From Fidelibacterota bacterium (GTDB lineage: Bacteria > Fidelibacterota > Marinisomatia > Marinisomatales > S15-B10), in the NCBI GenBank assembly GCA_046861655.1, contig JBHIAI010000009.1:1-28847 (forward strand): DNA of 28,847 bases. Direction: 5' to 3'. The notes beneath the pieces were generated by a model that ran no database searches, was not told the origin of the DNA, and saw only the letters and a list, made by a program, of their open reading frames with translations. Made by a program: the position numbers and the translations under genes. This document shows, one piece after another, positions 25,662-28,847 of this stretch. Numbering within the stretch: the stretch's first letter is position 1; each line of letters opens with the position of its first letter.

Positions 25662-26973
25662 TTTCTCCTTCCGCATAGAGTTTCCCCAAACAGGTCAGTC
25701 CCCGGCACCCATCGTGTTCAGACCGGGTGTCCAGGTGATCTACGGCGAAAGCGGAGTGGGCAAGTCTGAACTGTGCAGGCAACTGGTGTTGACCCACCCC
25801 TCATCACAATCCGGGAACCTTGTGGTACAAGACAGGACCCCTATTGCCCGCCCCATGCTGGTAACCCAGGACCCCGATGACCAGATCGTGGCACCATCAC
25901 TGTTCCGGGAATTGGCCTTCAATCTCGAGAACCTGGGCTGGAGTTCCCTGGAGATCGAACAGAGGATGGCCGAGATCATTGGACTGGCCGAGCTTACCTG
26001 GAACCTTGACAGGCATCCCTTTTCCCTTTCCGGGGGAGAATGCCAGATGCTAAACCTGGCCACGGCCCTTTCGGTTCGGCCGGACCTCCTGGCCATCGAT
26101 GACGGACTGGCCTTTCTGAGCGAGTCCAACAAGCAGAGATGTGCAGCCATCCTCCAGGCCTACAGTGAGGAAACGGAGGCAGTGATCGTGTGGATGACGT
26201 CGGATCACGAGGACCTGCGCTATGGTAAAGAGAGGTGGGAACTCCGTGCCGGTTCTTTGAGCCGGGGGATGCCCTCAATGAATCCATCCTCCTTCAATGG
26301 ACGGTTCCCTTCCGGAAGGGCCACCCTGAAAATCGGCCGGTTGACCTTCGGATATGAAGAGAGGGGGAATCGCCTCTTCAGGAATCAGAATCTATGGGTG
26401 GGACCGTTCAGATCGCTGGCTATTCTCGGCGACAACGGAAGCGGCAAGACAACTCTGGGGCGCCTCCTTTCCGGTATCGTCAGTCCCGAAGAGGGAACCA
26501 TTGATGTGGAGTTGGGCGGTCGGCGGGAATTACGGGTTGGGTTCCTTCCTCAATTCCCAGAGCGTCTCTTCGGGGGCCGGACACTTTTGGAACTGGAAGA
26601 GGAACTCAGGGCGAACGGACTTTTTTCGAACCCGGACGCGGACACCATGGGGAAAGTCCTGGGTGAATTCGGGATCTCTCACAGCGGCGTGGGAGGAAGG
26701 CCAATTCATTCCCTGGATGTGCCCGTGAGGCGTGTAGCCCTTACCCTCATGATCTGCCTGGCGCGGTATGACCTGGTGATTCTGGATGAGCCCATGTTTG
26801 GCCTGGGAATCATTCAACGTGAGAAACTGCTCAAACATCTTCGGAAGTTCCTGTCGAAGAAGCATTTGATTTTCATCACTCATTCCCCGTCTGCTGCCGA
26901 AGACCTGTGCGACTCGGCGGTGACCATTGAGGGAGGGGTCATAAAGGAACTACCCCTGCGGGAAGAGAAGTGA
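25654..26973 (+). CDS. ABC ATPase with two NBDs, ECF A-A'-like, partly degenerate
   Basis: GESGVGKS, QDPDDQIVAP...ELAFNLEN, LSGGE; second GDNGSGKT, QFPE, ILDEP, FITHS. Confidence 0.82.
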   Translation: MTDFSFRIEFPQTGQSPAPIVFRPGVQVIYGESGVGKSELCRQLVLTHPSSQSGNLVVQDRTPIARPMLVTQDPDDQIVAPSLFRELAFNLENLGWSSLEIEQRMAEIIGLAELTWNLDRHPFSLSGGECQMLNLATALSVRPDLLAIDDGLAFLSESNKQRCAAILQAYSEETEAVIVWMTSDHEDLRYGKERWELRAGSLSRGMPSMNPSSFNGRFPSGRATLKIGRLTFGYEERGNRLFRNQNLWVGPFRSLAILGDNGSGKTTLGRLLSGIVSPEEGTIDVELGGRRELRVGFLPQFPERLFGGRTLLELEEELRANGLFSNPDADTMGKVLGEFGISHSGVGGRPIHSLDVPVRRVALTLMICLARYDLVILDEPMFGLGIIQREKLLKHLRKFLSKKHLIFITHSPSAAEDLCDSAVTIEGGVIKELPLREEK

Positions 26974-27013
26974 ATCTCCCTGGTCCTGCGTCAACATCAT
27001 GAGGTCGGAACGG

Positions 27014-27041
27014 TGTCATTCTGATCCGGATCGGAATGACA
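27014..27041. repeat. 28-bp near-perfect palindrome TGTCATTCTGATCCGGATCGGAATGACA
   Basis: 13 of 14 pairs are Watson-Crick and the other is T-G; intergenic before ftsY. Confidence 0.8.
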
Positions 27042-27075
27042 ACCCATCCTATTCACCACGACTGAGCACTAGGTC

Positions 27076-27978
27076 ATGAGCTCAACCGGATTCTCTGCGT
27101 TGTTCGAGGCTCTGATCCAGACTCGAAGGACTCTGTCGAAAAAACTGAAGATTGTCTCGTCCGGCGCCCTTTCCCGGGAGAATCTGGAGGAAATGAGAGC
27201 TCTGATGCTGAGTTCCGACATGGGGACGGACGCTACGGAAAAAATCCTGAATTGGCTTAAGAATCGGGGAGAAAAACAGGTTCGCTCGGAGGCTCTCCAG
27301 GCCTATTTGAGTTCCCTTTTAACCCTGAAGAACGAAGGAATCGGCCAGGAATCAGGGGAGAGGCAAACTCTTATTTTGGTGGTAGGGGTCAACGGTACGG
27401 GGAAAACCACCACCGCCGCAAAGCTCGCTTTCGCCTTGAAGCAAAAAGGAGGTTCCATTCTTCTCATAGGAGCAGACACCTACCGGGCCGCAGGAGCCGC
27501 ACAGCTTCAGGGCTGGTCGAATGCCGCCGGCGTCAAACTGGTGTCCAACGAAACCTCCCGGGATCCTTCCGCCGTCCTCTTCGACGGGCTTCAGGCAGCC
27601 CAGGCGGGGGGATATGACACCGCTATCGCCGATACGGCCGGCCGGTTGCACACCTCCCGGAATCTGATGAATGAGGTGAAAAAAATGCACCGGGTTGCCA
27701 CGGAAAGATTCCGCGGCTTCAGGGTTCTCACCTACCTCACTCTCGACGCCAACCTGGGACAGAACTCTTTGGTTCAGGCAAGGGAGTTCCATCGGACGGT
27801 CCCATTGAGCGGTATTGTCCTGACCAAAATGGACGGCACGGCCAGGGGAGGCATCGTATTCCCCGTTGTGGGAGAGCTTGGCATACCGGTGAAGTATCTG
27901 GGAGTGGGGGAAACCCTGGAGGATCTGGTGGAATTCGATCCTGAGGCCTATGTCTCCTCACTGCTTGGAACGGGTTGA
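27076..27978 (+). CDS. ftsY: Signal recognition particle receptor FtsY (short NG-only form)
   Basis: GVNGTGKTTT, DTYRAA, DTAGRLH, GQN, TKMDGTARGG, GVGETLEDL. Confidence 0.96.
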   Translation: MSSTGFSALFEALIQTRRTLSKKLKIVSSGALSRENLEEMRALMLSSDMGTDATEKILNWLKNRGEKQVRSEALQAYLSSLLTLKNEGIGQESGERQTLILVVGVNGTGKTTTAAKLAFALKQKGGSILLIGADTYRAAGAAQLQGWSNAAGVKLVSNETSRDPSAVLFDGLQAAQAGGYDTAIADTAGRLHTSRNLMNEVKKMHRVATERFRGFRVLTYLTLDANLGQNSLVQAREFHRTVPLSGIVLTKMDGTARGGIVFPVVGELGIPVKYLGVGETLEDLVEFDPEAYVSSLLGTG

Positions 27979-28021
27979 CTGACGTGGCTCCCAACCGCTA
28001 ACGCGCCATCCCGAAGGATCT

Positions 28022-28126
28022 GGACAATGAAAGATGGAAAATGCAAAGTGCAAAGTGAAAGATTATCGGGGAGAAGCGTCTTCTTACTTTTTTCACTTAT
28101 CGTTTTTCAATTTGCGTTTTGAGATG
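28022..28126 (-). repeat. 105-bp dispersed intergenic repeat, copy 2 (inverted relative to 10725-10829)
   Basis: See copy 1; lies between convergent ftsY and glycerate kinase genes. Confidence 0.85.
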
Positions 28127-28145
28127 AGCCGGCAAAGGCCGGTGT

Positions 28146-28847
28146 CTAATCCCATACCAGCAACATCTCAAGATCCATAACGTTGGTTCCCGTGGGACCT
28201 GTGATGAGAAGATCCCCCAATTGTTTGAAAAAGCTATAGGAGTCGTTTCGCTTCAGAAAGTCCTCGGGGTTCAGTCCCGCTTCTCTCGCCCGGAGACGCG
28301 TGGTCTCATCCGAAAAGGCTCCCGCAGCATCGGTAGGACCGTCTGTCCCGTCTGTGCCAGCGGAAACAAAGGTAAACTTTCCTTCCAGTTGGGTGGCCAC
28401 CCGTAGGGCGAGCTCCGTATTCCGCCCTCCTTTGCCGCTGCCTGTGACCGTCACCGTGGGTTCCCCTCCCGAGACCAGGAGGCACGGTTTGGGAAGGGGG
28501 GAGGCCACCTCCTTTTTCGCCCTGGCCCACTGGGAGGCTACATCCTTCACATCCCCGGTTACGAACCGGTCGCCGGAAACGGCCTTCAGACCCAGCTCCT
28601 GGGCCCGGTCCCTGGCGGTTCCAACGGCGTCGGCGTTCCTGGCCACGATGCGGTAGAGGACGCGGGAAAACAGCGGGTCATCGGGCTTGGGAGTTTCGGC
28701 TCTCTCTTGAGAAAGGTGATCGATGATGGAGGCAGGTATGCGATCGGTCAGATCGTGTTTCTCAAGTATACGCCAGCAATCTTCCAGGGTGGACGGATCC
28801 CCTACGGTAGGCCCCGACCCGATGGATTCCGGGGCGTCTCCGGGAAC
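28146..28847 (-). CDS. Glycerate 2-kinase, MOFRL/DUF4147 family; 5' end beyond window
   Basis: Frame open to the window edge: VPGDAPESIGSGPT..ETPK..; GGEPTVTV.G.GKGGRNTE, GTDGTDGPTDAAG, TGPTGTNVMDL. Confidence 0.93.
   Translation of the reverse strand, partial: VPGDAPESIGSGPTVGDPSTLEDCWRILEKHDLTDRIPASIIDHLSQERAETPKPDDPLFSRVLYRIVARNADAVGTARDRAQELGLKAVSGDRFVTGDVKDVASQWARAKKEVASPLPKPCLLVSGGEPTVTVTGSGKGGRNTELALRVATQLEGKFTFVSAGTDGTDGPTDAAGAFSDETTRLRAREAGLNPEDFLKRNDSYSFFKQLGDLLITGPTGTNVMDLEMLLVWD

Overview
Gene-dense, mostly housekeeping bacterial window of moderately high GC. An FCB-superphylum origin (Marinimicrobia/KSB1/Ignavibacteria-like) is inferred from a type IX secretion (T9SS) C-terminal domain. 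Gene order: cinA(partial)-thpR-recA-recX-alaS-gcvPB-lipid kinase-DUF5683-like-NSS transporter-UbiA-family; DnaQ/DinG fusion; a convergent stand-alone multiheme cytochrome c with a T9SS sorting domain; frameshifted hutH; guaB; rpsT; Crp/Fnr regulator; meaB; tatC; polyprenyl synthase; GT9 glycosyltransferase; waaA; double-NBD ABC ATPase; ftsY; partial MOFRL glycerate kinase. I saw no rRNA, tRNA, CRISPR array, transposase or integrase. The three most notable signals are: (1) the very acidic, probably surface-exported cytochrome (7 CxxCH + 1 CxxxCH), a candidate T9SS-routed extracellular electron transfer protein; (2) a 105-bp non-coding element present twice in opposite orientation (10725-10829 and 28022-28126), set among recurring degenerate 7-bp tandem tracts and REP-like palindromes; (3) hutH broken by an apparent ~19-22 nt deletion. 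All calls come from reading motifs by eye; no database search was run.
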